From assembly GCA_049294075.1 (NCBI GenBank), contig JBAQCK010000138.1:38361-102360 (forward strand): 64,000 nt of DNA. The letters run 5' to 3'. This document shows positions 46,044-54,605 of this stretch, piece by piece. Both the position numbers and the translations under genes were made by a program. This stretch comes from Bacteroidales bacterium. Its GTDB lineage: Bacteria > Bacteroidota > Bacteroidia > Bacteroidales > VadinHA17. Numbering within the stretch: position 1 is the first letter of the stretch; every line of letters starts with the position of its first letter. The notes under the pieces are model-generated. The model had not been told where the DNA came from, did not search any database, and worked only from the letters and a program-made list of their open reading frames with translations.

Positions 46044-46148
46044 ACCGGAAACGAGAAACCAAAAACGGTAATCGGTAATCAGTAATCGGTAAACAGAACC
46101 GAATACCGAATACTGAATACCAGCGACCTTGAACCTTGAACCAGCCCA
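46044..46148. repeat. tandem heptamer tract (15 units in one register)
   Basis: accggaa acgagaa accaaaa acggtaa tcggtaa tcagtaa tcggtaa acagaac cgaatac cgaatac tgaatac cagcgac cttgaac cttgaac cagccca. Confidence 0.85.
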
Positions 46149-46154
46149 ATCTGA

Positions 46155-47765
46155 TCACCATTCGCTGTTGGCAAGTTCCCAGATATTCGCGAACCCGATT
46201 CTTACTATCTTCTGCATGATATCCCAGTCAACCGTCGAAATGTCATCCGCGGGGGTATGATATTCTTCCCTGTGTCCGGGTTTGAATCGCATAACAGGAA
46301 TACCTGCGTCAACGAATGACCTGTGATCGCTTCCTCCGGGCGGATCAGCGGAAGGCTGGTATTCCACCTCCAGATCAATCCCGTATCTTTTAAGATGCTT
46401 CTCCGTCATGGTTTTGAATCCGGGATAAGTGTCGGTGTAGATCATGTATGCTTTTTTGTATTCCTTTTCGGATACATATCTCGATATCATGTCAAAATTC
46501 AGATTGAGCCGGATGTTACGCACCGGGAAGGGAAGATTTGCCACAAAATGCCTCGAACCAAGCAGGCCCTCTTCCTCCGCTGCCCACAAGGCAATAATGA
46601 TAGTCTTTTCAGGCTTTACACCGGTTTCCATGACAGCCTTTGCAATTGTCATTATGCCGACGGTCCCCGATCCGTTGTCGTCGGCTCCATTCCAGACATA
46701 CCCGTTCCACATGCCAATGTGGTCGTAATGGGCGCCTGCCACTATTATCCGTGAGGGATCCTTTCCTTCGATAATCCCGATCACATTCCTCGCCTTTACA
46801 ATCTCAGTTTTCACTGTTGTCTTCAGAAATATCTTCTTCCCGGTCAGGTCAGCCTGCGGTTTGACGTAACTGCCGGCAGATTTGCTTATATAATCTTCCG
46901 TGTTGAAACCGGATCCACTGAATAATTCATCTGCAATTCCGGGGGAGATCATGATCCTTACGAAGCTGTCGGAGCTCTTTGCAGAAGGGAGAGAATAGTC
47001 AGCATACGGGCGGCCGGATCCCGGTCTTTTTTCCGATGGTGCCATATCCGGAAAAGGAAGACCAGGGACTGATCCTGACACCGCAACAGCAGGATCAAAC
47101 TCTATTATTCCGGCTGCTCCCATCTGCCTGGCAACACGTTCCGCCTGCATCGAACTATTTGAAATTTCTGATATTGACAATTTTTCTTTAAGGAATCCTG
47201 GTGATCCTGCAATTCTAAGCACGAATTTTCCCCTGAGGTCCTGATTGCCGAAATCATCGATCCGTAGTTTTTCGTTTCTGATGCCGAAACCAACAAATAC
47301 AACAGGAGCCTCAGTCTCAACAGATTGCTCTGGGATTCTTGTCAGGAAATCGACGTTATGAGCAAGGCTCAGGGTTTTAATGTGTTCTTTCCCGTCCGAA
47401 ACTATGATTTTCATTACTGGGGCTTCACCCCTGGTTGACTTTACAAGTGGGAAGTTCTGAAAGTACGTTTTCTCAGGAGTTCCGAATGTTCCTGATGGAG
47501 TTCTTTCACTCGAGGTATCTCCACCTGGAGCAACGCCGTAAAGCCGCAACTGGCTGGCAATATATTCGGAAGCCAGGTAATCGCCCCTGGTGCTGGTTCC
47601 CCTGCCTTCCATCTGGTCGGAAGCCAGAAAACCAAGCTGTGCCTTAAGAACATTCTCATTTATGTTCCGGAGAGCCTCCATGAAATTGTCACCTCCCGTC
47701 TGGGCTTGCACCTCCATGATGGCCGATGCGATAATAAAAAGGAGAATCAATTTGTGCTTTTTCAT
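46155..47765 (-). CDS. M28 family metallopeptidase with PA domain
   Basis: HYDHIG, GADDNGSG and AAEEEGLLGS zinc-ligand motifs. Start set at MKKHKLILLF (47765). Confidence 0.85.
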   Translation of the reverse strand: MKKHKLILLFIIASAIMEVQAQTGGDNFMEALRNINENVLKAQLGFLASDQMEGRGTSTRGDYLASEYIASQLRLYGVAPGGDTSSERTPSGTFGTPEKTYFQNFPLVKSTRGEAPVMKIIVSDGKEHIKTLSLAHNVDFLTRIPEQSVETEAPVVFVGFGIRNEKLRIDDFGNQDLRGKFVLRIAGSPGFLKEKLSISEISNSSMQAERVARQMGAAGIIEFDPAVAVSGSVPGLPFPDMAPSEKRPGSGRPYADYSLPSAKSSDSFVRIMISPGIADELFSGSGFNTEDYISKSAGSYVKPQADLTGKKIFLKTTVKTEIVKARNVIGIIEGKDPSRIIVAGAHYDHIGMWNGYVWNGADDNGSGTVGIMTIAKAVMETGVKPEKTIIIALWAAEEEGLLGSRHFVANLPFPVRNIRLNLNFDMISRYVSEKEYKKAYMIYTDTYPGFKTMTEKHLKRYGIDLEVEYQPSADPPGGSDHRSFVDAGIPVMRFKPGHREEYHTPADDISTVDWDIMQKIVRIGFANIWELANSEW

Positions 47766-47853
47766 CAGTCTGCAGAATTTTGTATTGCAATCGGATTTCA
47801 ATATTAATCAAAAAATAGATTTTTTCTTCTGAACAGGCACCAATTTAACCAGC

Positions 47854-47909
47854 GCCTTAATGCCTTCACCCCTTAATGCCTTAACACCTTAACGCCTTAA
47901 CGCCTTCAA
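47854..47909. repeat. tandem octamer tract (7 units)
   Basis: gccttaat gccttcac cccttaat gccttaac accttaac gccttaac gccttcaa. Confidence 0.85.
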
Positions 47910-48027
47910 AACCATATCGTTTCAGGTAAAAAAATTGTCGTAAAACGATAAGCGGGATATCGTTTTGGGTAAAAAATTCTGTTATTCTGCCTCTTACGGC
48001 CTTCCTGCCTCAATTTTCAGGGATTGC

Positions 48028-48035
48028 TATATTTG
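48028..48035 (+). promoter_or_regulatory. candidate -7 box (TATATTTG)
   Basis: Perfect TAnnTTTG match 13 nt upstream of the ATG at 48049. Confidence 0.4.
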
Positions 48036-48048
48036 CAAAAAAATTACC

Positions 48049-48582
48049 ATGAAGAGAATATTACTGGCTGCAATATCCGCTGCTATTTTAAGTATTTCCC
48101 TGACCGGACAGGAAAAGAAGGTTTATGATAACGGTTACATAGTTAAGGTGGGAGACCAGGCTCCCGATTTTGCTATTAAGGAAGCCGGCGGCAAATCGTA
48201 CAGGCTTTCGGATCTCAGGGGAAAGGTCGTGATGCTTCAGTTTACCGCCAGCTGGTGTTCTGTATGCAGGCAGGAGATGCCATTTATTGAGAAGGAGATC
48301 TGGCTCCCCGCCAATAAGCCGGATATTGCAGTAATAGGCATCGACCGCGACGAACCACCGGACAAAGTATTGAAATTCAAAAAGGATATAGGTGTAACTT
48401 ACCCTCTTGCCCTTGATCCGGGAGCCGATATTTTCGGGCTCTATGCCCTTAAGGAAGCCGGTGTCACCAGGAATGTGATCATTGACCGGTCGGGCAAAAT
48501 AGTATTCCTGACGCGTCTTTTTGACAGGGATGAATTCGACCTCATGAAGAAGGCGATATTCAGCGAGCTTGCCGGGAAATAA
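48049..48582 (+). CDS. TlpA/AhpC-like thiol:disulfide oxidoreductase (exported)
   Basis: Signal peptide from MKRILLAAISAA and the thioredoxin motif SWCSVC. Confidence 0.8.
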   Translation: MKRILLAAISAAILSISLTGQEKKVYDNGYIVKVGDQAPDFAIKEAGGKSYRLSDLRGKVVMLQFTASWCSVCRQEMPFIEKEIWLPANKPDIAVIGIDRDEPPDKVLKFKKDIGVTYPLALDPGADIFGLYALKEAGVTRNVIIDRSGKIVFLTRLFDRDEFDLMKKAIFSELAGK

Positions 48583-48599
48583 GTACTTTCCCTTCCCTG

Positions 48600-48625
48600 C
48601 CGGGCTTTGCATGGCCCGGTTTTTG
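48600..48625 (+). terminator. rho-independent terminator
   Basis: CCGGGC-tttgcatg-GCCCGG followed by a T5 run. Confidence 0.65.
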
Positions 48626-48745
48626 ACGAATGTCCGAAACATTTATTGAACTTTACCGTTATATGTCAGATGAAGATGAATGTAACTTCAATTGTCTGTG
48701 TGTATTTTTTTATCTGATTAACATGTAGAACTAAAAACCAAAGAA

Positions 48746-49387
48746 ATGAAAAAATCAATTTTAATTGTATTAACTGTTTTTCTTGCACTTCCCGCATTTT
48801 CGCAGGTGAATTTCGGACTTAAGGCGGGCGTCAGCACCACAAATGTTAAGATGGATGATGTAAAAACGCTTACTTCAGGTGAAACAGAGTATCTGGTCGA
48901 CGCGATAAATGGGGCCAATTATGGTTTCCACGCCGGCGCATTTGTAAGGTTCAGTATGTTGGGATTCTACATTCAACCGGAACTTGTTTTTGCATCAAGG
49001 ACTGATGAGTATACAGTTGCTGATGCCGAAACCCCGACTGAAGAAACCATCAAGAAGCAGCAGTTCAACAGGCTTGACCTTCCCATAATGCTTGGGACAA
49101 AGCTTGGCCCGATCCGCCTCAACGCCGGCCCTGCAGCACGTCTCCTTATCAATTCACCCAAGGATCTGATAGCAGAAGCCGACGACTTAAAGGCGATGTA
49201 CAATGACCTTACCTTCGGCTATCAGGCAGGAATTGGAGTAGATATTGTAAAAAGGATCACCATTGACCTGAGATATGAAGGCAGTCTGCAGAAGTACCAG
49301 ACAAAAATAGAGAATGCAGCTGGCACCACGGTCACACTTGATGACAGGACCAATGCATTTCTGCTTAGTGTTGGAATAATGTTCTAA
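48746..49387 (+). CDS. outer-membrane beta-barrel (porin-family) protein
   Basis: Signal peptide, alternating beta-strand pattern, C-terminal ...LLSVGIMF. Confidence 0.7.
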   Translation: MKKSILIVLTVFLALPAFSQVNFGLKAGVSTTNVKMDDVKTLTSGETEYLVDAINGANYGFHAGAFVRFSMLGFYIQPELVFASRTDEYTVADAETPTEETIKKQQFNRLDLPIMLGTKLGPIRLNAGPAARLLINSPKDLIAEADDLKAMYNDLTFGYQAGIGVDIVKRITIDLRYEGSLQKYQTKIENAAGTTVTLDDRTNAFLLSVGIMF

Positions 49388-49406
49388 AATATAACAGACC
49401 ACCAGG

Positions 49407-49437
49407 CAGGGACATTGTTTTCATTGTCCCTGTTTTT
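49407..49437 (+). terminator. rho-independent terminator
   Basis: CAGGGACA-ttgttttcat-TGTCCCTG followed by a T5 run. Confidence 0.7.
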
Positions 49438-49804
49438 ATTTTGAGAACAGCATTTTCAGGGATACAAGGAGCAGGAGAAGGCCAAAAATCTTCTTAAGGA
49501 TGTGCTGGGGGATGTTGAGCGCCAGCTTCGATCCGAAAAATGAACCGATAAGGAATGCCCCTGCAAGTATCAGTGCAAATTTAAGATTTACCTCACCTGC
49601 CTTGTAGTAGTTATACGCGGCAATGATACCGATGGGAGGAAGCATAACTGCAAGACTTGTACCCTGTGCCTGGTGCTGGGTCAGACCCATGATGAACACA
49701 AGTGCCGGAACCATGATTATCGCACCCCCGATGCCCAGCATACCTGCGGCAACACCGGTGATGATACCGATTACGATAAGTGACAATAAAACTGTTGTGG
49801 TCAT
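49436..49804 (-). CDS. half-size TSUP/TauE-SafE family membrane protein
   Basis: 122 aa, 4 TM segments, with G-rich helices (GMLGIGGAIIMVP). Confidence 0.65.
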   Translation of the reverse strand: MTTTVLLSLIVIGIITGVAAGMLGIGGAIIMVPALVFIMGLTQHQAQGTSLAVMLPPIGIIAAYNYYKAGEVNLKFALILAGAFLIGSFFGSKLALNIPQHILKKIFGLLLLLVSLKMLFSK

Positions 49805-49914
49805 AAGAATTTATTTGAATGGTTTGTCAAACTCAAGAGCTCAAAAATAATCATTTGTCTCAGAGTAAGTCAAATCGGCAGCTTTCTTTAAATTTGTAAG
49901 ATATCCTTTAATGC

Positions 49915-50949
49915 ATGAGTAGGAGGAGATTGCTTTTAATTGCCCTGTCGCTGGTTGTCCCTGCAGCGTTTTTCATCGCAGTTATATTGTATGGCAGGTT
50001 GTACAGCCCGTCGGTCTTTCCGGTGGGTGAAGAGTCGGTACTTTTCATCCCTGAGGGAGCAGGCTATGAGCAGGCAATGGACACTATTGAAGCCAACCTG
50101 GAGATCAAAAACCTTAAGGCCCTGAAATGGGCAGCCGGGAAAAAGAAATACCCCGCTCTGATCAAACCGGGCAAGTATGTTATTAAAACGGCATTGAGCA
50201 ATAACGACCTGATAAACATGCTCAGGGGCGGCCGGCAGACACCGGTAAAGATCACCTTCAACAACATCAGGACGATTAACGAGCTTGCCGGAAAGATAGG
50301 TGGACAAATTGAAGCTGACTCGGCAGAGATAATGGCTTTCTTTTCTGACCCGGAAAACTACAGTGATGACGGATTCTTGCCGGAGACAGTTATTTCGGTC
50401 TTTATCCCCGATACCTATGAGTTTTACTGGAACACCAGCGCGAGGAAGCTTTACACCAGGATGCTGAGGGAATATAACAGATACTGGAACAAGGACAGGA
50501 TTGAAAAGAGCGAAGAAATAGGGCTTTCGCCGGTCGAGGTGGCGACACTCGCCTCAATTGTAGATGAGGAGGTTCTTAAAAATGATGAGAAACCAAGGAT
50601 CGCAGGAGTTTACATGAACAGGCTCAGGAGAGGCATGCCCCTCCAGGCTGATCCCACTATAAAATTTGCAATCAATAATTTCAATGTCAACAGGATACTT
50701 TACCGTCATCTCGAAACCGATTCTCCGTATAACACTTACAAATACGCGGGCTTACCTCCAGGTCCGATAGGTTGTCCTTCAATCAGCGGATTGGAAGCGG
50801 TACTGAACGCCGAGAAGCACGATTATCTTTATTTTGCTGCCAGACCTGATTTTTCGGGATATCATAATTTTTCCAGGACGCTGTCGGAGCATAACCTGAA
50901 TGCCCGAAGGTACCAGAACGAGCTCAACAGGAGGCGGATTTACAGATAG
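49915..50949 (+). CDS. mltG: endolytic murein transglycosylase
   Basis: YceG-like protein: N-terminal TM segment, ASIVDEE, and the LQADPT motif. Confidence 0.88.
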   Translation: MSRRRLLLIALSLVVPAAFFIAVILYGRLYSPSVFPVGEESVLFIPEGAGYEQAMDTIEANLEIKNLKALKWAAGKKKYPALIKPGKYVIKTALSNNDLINMLRGGRQTPVKITFNNIRTINELAGKIGGQIEADSAEIMAFFSDPENYSDDGFLPETVISVFIPDTYEFYWNTSARKLYTRMLREYNRYWNKDRIEKSEEIGLSPVEVATLASIVDEEVLKNDEKPRIAGVYMNRLRRGMPLQADPTIKFAINNFNVNRILYRHLETDSPYNTYKYAGLPPGPIGCPSISGLEAVLNAEKHDYLYFAARPDFSGYHNFSRTLSEHNLNARRYQNELNRRRIYR

Positions 50950-50956
50950 TAAGGCT

Positions 50957-51964
50957 TCAGATCACCTCAACCTCGCGTTCGAGGTCGATGCCGAAAGTAT
51001 CAGCAACGGATTTCCTTACCTTTTCCGACAGGTCAAAAAGTTCCCTGCCTGTTGCGTTTCCATGATTGACAATAACCAGAGCCTGTTTTTCGTGGATGCC
51101 TGCATCCCCTATCCTTCTGCCCTTCCATCCGCACTGTTCGATAAGCCAGCCTGCCGGTATCTTGACTCCGCCTGACCGGTCCCTGAAAACTGGCATTTTA
51201 GGGAAATTCTTCTGAATATTTTTTAGGACTTCTTCGGATACAAACGGATTCTTGAAGAAGCTGCCTGCATTTCCAATCTGTTCGTGGTCCGGAAGCTTTG
51301 CCTGCCTTGTGCTTATTACAATTTTTCTGATATTGGCAAGTGATGTGGAGCCGAGCTTGCTCAACTCATCCTTGAGCGACCCGTATTCAAGGCATAGTTT
51401 GGGCCGGGTTGACAGTCTGAATAAAATTTTTGTTATCAGGTATTTGCCCTTAAGTTCGTGTTTGAAAACGCTGTCCCTGTATCCGAACTTGCATTCGCTG
51501 CCTGTGAATTCCCTGATTGTCCCGTCTTCGAGAGAGATGGCTCTTACTTTTTCAATCACATCCTTTACTTCTGCCCCGTAGGCGCCAATGTTCTGAACTG
51601 CAACAGCGCCAACACGGCCGGGTATGAGGGAAAGGTTTTCCAACCCTCCCAGACCGTTTTTTACGGTCGATTCCACCAGTTTGTCCCACAATACTCCGGC
51701 TCCGGCAGAAATGATGATATCGGCCCCCTTTTTCCCTTCCATGGTAATGCCTTCCATTTCGGGATGGATAATTGTGCCGTGAAAATCATCCGTAAAAAGG
51801 ATATTGCTGCCACCGCCCAGAACCAGGTAGTTTTGTTCTGTTCCCCTGTTTTTCCGGAAGAAGTGAACGGCATTATCCTCGAGTTTGAAGGCAGCCAGGT
51901 GATCGGCCCGTACATTAATGCCGAATGTATTAAACTTCTTTAGTGAAATCTTTTCGTAGATCAT
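50957..51964 (-). CDS. murB: UDP-N-acetylenolpyruvoylglucosamine reductase
   Basis: FAD-binding LVLGGGSNILF and a C-terminal MurB domain (SAGWLIEQCGWKG). Confidence 0.9.
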   Translation of the reverse strand: MIYEKISLKKFNTFGINVRADHLAAFKLEDNAVHFFRKNRGTEQNYLVLGGGSNILFTDDFHGTIIHPEMEGITMEGKKGADIIISAGAGVLWDKLVESTVKNGLGGLENLSLIPGRVGAVAVQNIGAYGAEVKDVIEKVRAISLEDGTIREFTGSECKFGYRDSVFKHELKGKYLITKILFRLSTRPKLCLEYGSLKDELSKLGSTSLANIRKIVISTRQAKLPDHEQIGNAGSFFKNPFVSEEVLKNIQKNFPKMPVFRDRSGGVKIPAGWLIEQCGWKGRRIGDAGIHEKQALVIVNHGNATGRELFDLSEKVRKSVADTFGIDLEREVEVI

Positions 51965-52095
51965 GTCAGGTTAGTGTGGCGTAAAATTAGCAAAACGAAG
52001 CTAAATCCTTTGAAAGGAGGGGTTGGTTTTTATCATTAAAGTAGTATTTTCGCTGTAATCAATCCATTATCAAACGCCGACAACCTGAATCTGAT

Positions 52096-52565
52096 ATGAA
52101 AAGCAATCGTCGGGATTTTTTGAAGCATGCAACAGTGGCTGGCGCGGGAGCCTTTGCAGGAGGACTCCTTTCGCCCCCTTTGCAAATCTTAGTTATCGCG
52201 GAAACATGAACACTTCGCTGGTCAGAACAAACCCTGGAAAGACTATTCTGATACAGCACGACGTGTCTTCGGTTCGTCCCTGTTCCCGGCTCCATGTGAT
52301 TAGGGGAACATCAGGCGCGGCAAGCAAGTATCCAGGGCCCGAACGGATTGCGATGGGGCATGACTGGTTCAATGAGGAATAGATGAAGGATGTCACTGAG
52401 AAGTTCACTCCTGAAATAGTGAGAAGAATTGGCGAGATGGCAAAAAAGGCCGGAGGCCACGGAGGAATCGATTTCATCATGGACTGTGGAGGCTGATCGA
52501 TTGCCTTAGGAAAGGTCTGCCGCTCGATCAGGATGTTTACGACGGCGCATTGTGGAGTTCCGTTA
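52096..52565 (+). pseudogene. relic of a TAT-signal Gfo/Idh/MocA glycosidase-like (GH109-type) gene
   Basis: An intact TAT signal (MKSNRRDFLKHATVAGAGAFAG) runs directly into C-terminal-domain fragments in three frames: GKTILIQHDV...; AKKAGGHGGIDFIMD; WRLIDCLRKGLPLDQDVYDGALWSSV. The Rossmann domain and the extreme C-terminus are missing. Confidence 0.7.
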
Positions 52566-52571
52566 TTTTTT

Positions 52572-52579
52572 TACTTTTG
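52572..52579 (+). promoter_or_regulatory. candidate -7 box (TACTTTTG) for the hyf-like operon
   Basis: Perfect TAnnTTTG match 33 nt upstream of the ATG at 52613. Confidence 0.4.
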
Positions 52580-52612
52580 CGGGCACAATTAAAGATAGGA
52601 AATTATCCTGCA

Positions 52613-54604
52613 ATGAATATCGCGCTTTTTTTTACCGTTCTGATTCTCTCTTTTGCGCTTTTCCTGGTCCCTAAAATCCTGAAGCACAGTACCGCACTGT
52701 TTGTACTTGCAGCAGGCATTCTGGTAACCACAGGCTGGAGCTTTGAAGTGTTTGCGGGAAGAACCGGTGAACTAAGGCTGGAAACCGTTGTTCCCCTTAT
52801 TGGAAAGTCAGTCACTCTCATAATTGACAGGCTGTCGGCGTTTTTCATACTTGTGGTTAATATTACCCTTCTTGTCGGATTGATATACGCAAAAGGATAT
52901 CTGAAGCCATATTACCAGATCAGGAACTCCCTGCGCTTTTCAATACATTACTTTTCGTACCTGTGGCTTTATTTCTCAATGATCCTGGTGTTGATCACGC
53001 GCGACGGATTGTCCTTTCTGATAGTGTGGGAAATAATGGCGCTTTCGTCATTCATGCTGGTCATTTTCGATGCAGAGGACACCTCGATCATGAAAACCGG
53101 TATCAGCTATCTTATCCAGATGCATGTTGGCATGTTCTTCCTGATGTTTGCCTTTCTCATTCTTGACCGTGAAACGGGGGAAATGAGTTTTGATGCCCTG
53201 GGCGGCTACTTCAGGGATCATTCGAACCTGCTCCTTTTCATTCTGTTCTTCATGGGATTTGGCATCAAAGCCGGATTCATTCCGCTGCACACATGGCTTC
53301 CACAGGCACATCCGGCTGCCCCTTCGCACGTTTCGGGAGTGATGTCGGGAGTGATGATAAAGATGGGAATATATGGTATTATGAGAGTACTGCTCTATGT
53401 CAGTCAGGATCTTCTGCAGATCGGAATCCTGATCCTGATCGTATCGCTCATATCGGGGCTGCTTGGAGTGATGATGGCGATAGTGCAGCATGACCTGAAA
53501 AGGTTGCTGGCTTACCACAGCATCGAAAACATAGGGATAATTGGCATCGGCATCGGGCTGGGAGTAATCGGACTCGCTACCGGGAACAATGCGCTGAGTA
53601 TCCTGGGATTCAGCGGCGGATTGCTGCATGTGCTTAACCATTCCCTGTTTAAATCGCTCCTTTTTTTCAGTGCGGGATCCGTATACACCTCCACTCACAC
53701 CAGGAATATTGAAAAGATGGGAGGGCTGATGAAGCGAATGCCCTATACATCCGTGCTTTTTCTTATAGGGTCGCTTGCTATCTGCGGTCTGCCTCCCTTT
53801 AACGGATTCATTTCCGAATACCTTATTTACCTGGGTATGTTCAGAGACCTGCCGTCGGCGGGGATGCACGAGTCAATACTTGTGCTTGGATCAATTGTAG
53901 GCCTGTCACTCATCGGAGGCCTTGCCGTTTTCTGTTTTACAAAGGCATTCGGGATAGCTTTTCTCGGGGAACCACGCTCACAGCATTCAACATCAGCCAT
54001 TGAAGTTGAGAAGGTGATGATTTTCCCGCAATTTGTTTCAGTTGCCATGATAATACTCATCGGAGTGGCTTCGCCATGGTTTGTCAGGCCCGTTTTTGAA
54101 ATCGTCTCATCGGGATTCGGAATTGAAGGGATGCCCGCAGTAGCAAATTCAACATTACCGGGACTTTCAAAGATTAGTATCATTTCAGGAGTCTTCATTA
54201 TGCTTGTGCTTGCTTTGTCACTGTACAGGCAATTCCATCTTAAGTCGGTCAAAGTGAGCCGGGGTCCGACATGGGGTTGCGGCTACACTGCCCCGGATCC
54301 TAAACAGCAATACACTTCAACGTCTTTTGCATACAACTACAACCATCTGGCAAAACCGGTTATCGGGACAAAAAAAATGATGCCGGAGATAATGGAGGAA
54401 GAGATTTTCCCGGTGGAAAGAAGCTTCAGTTCGTTTAGTGACGATGTTTTCCGGAAAGTGTTAATTGACAAGCCAGCCGGTATGGTCTCTTCGCTTCTCA
54501 AGAAGATAGCCGTGATGCAGACCGGGAAGGTTCAGCACTACGTACTATACGCGTTTATTTTCATGCTCTTTGTGCTTTTGCTCACCTGGCTCAATATTAT
54601 CTGA
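52613..54604 (+). CDS. HyfB/NuoL-like antiporter-type membrane subunit
   Basis: About 16 TM segments and Mrp/NuoL family motifs (GFIPLHTWLPQAHPAAPSHVSG). Start set at MNIALFF rather than the upstream TTG. Confidence 0.85.
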   Translation: MNIALFFTVLILSFALFLVPKILKHSTALFVLAAGILVTTGWSFEVFAGRTGELRLETVVPLIGKSVTLIIDRLSAFFILVVNITLLVGLIYAKGYLKPYYQIRNSLRFSIHYFSYLWLYFSMILVLITRDGLSFLIVWEIMALSSFMLVIFDAEDTSIMKTGISYLIQMHVGMFFLMFAFLILDRETGEMSFDALGGYFRDHSNLLLFILFFMGFGIKAGFIPLHTWLPQAHPAAPSHVSGVMSGVMIKMGIYGIMRVLLYVSQDLLQIGILILIVSLISGLLGVMMAIVQHDLKRLLAYHSIENIGIIGIGIGLGVIGLATGNNALSILGFSGGLLHVLNHSLFKSLLFFSAGSVYTSTHTRNIEKMGGLMKRMPYTSVLFLIGSLAICGLPPFNGFISEYLIYLGMFRDLPSAGMHESILVLGSIVGLSLIGGLAVFCFTKAFGIAFLGEPRSQHSTSAIEVEKVMIFPQFVSVAMIILIGVASPWFVRPVFEIVSSGFGIEGMPAVANSTLPGLSKISIISGVFIMLVLALSLYRQFHLKSVKVSRGPTWGCGYTAPDPKQQYTSTSFAYNYNHLAKPVIGTKKMMPEIMEEEIFPVERSFSSFSDDVFRKVLIDKPAGMVSSLLKKIAVMQTGKVQHYVLYAFIFMLFVLLLTWLNII

Positions 54605-54605
54605 T

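Noticed and set aside
46044-46148. Short tandem repeats as a possible CRISPR or minisatellite-encoded peptide.
   Set aside because: The units are 7-8 nt with no spacers, no cas genes are nearby, and no ORF spans the tracts in a consistent frame.
47965-48048. Upstream TTG/ATG extension of the TlpA-like gene (MGKKFCYSASYG...).
   Set aside because: The signal peptide begins at MKRILLAAIS (48049). The extension contains the TATATTTG -7 box.
52550-52612. TTG start at 52550 for HyfB-like (MWSSVIFLLL...).
   Set aside because: These codons are the tail of the GH109-type relic (…ALWSSV) read in frame. The TACTTTTG box lies inside the extension, and the hydrophobic HyfB N-terminus begins at ATG 52613.
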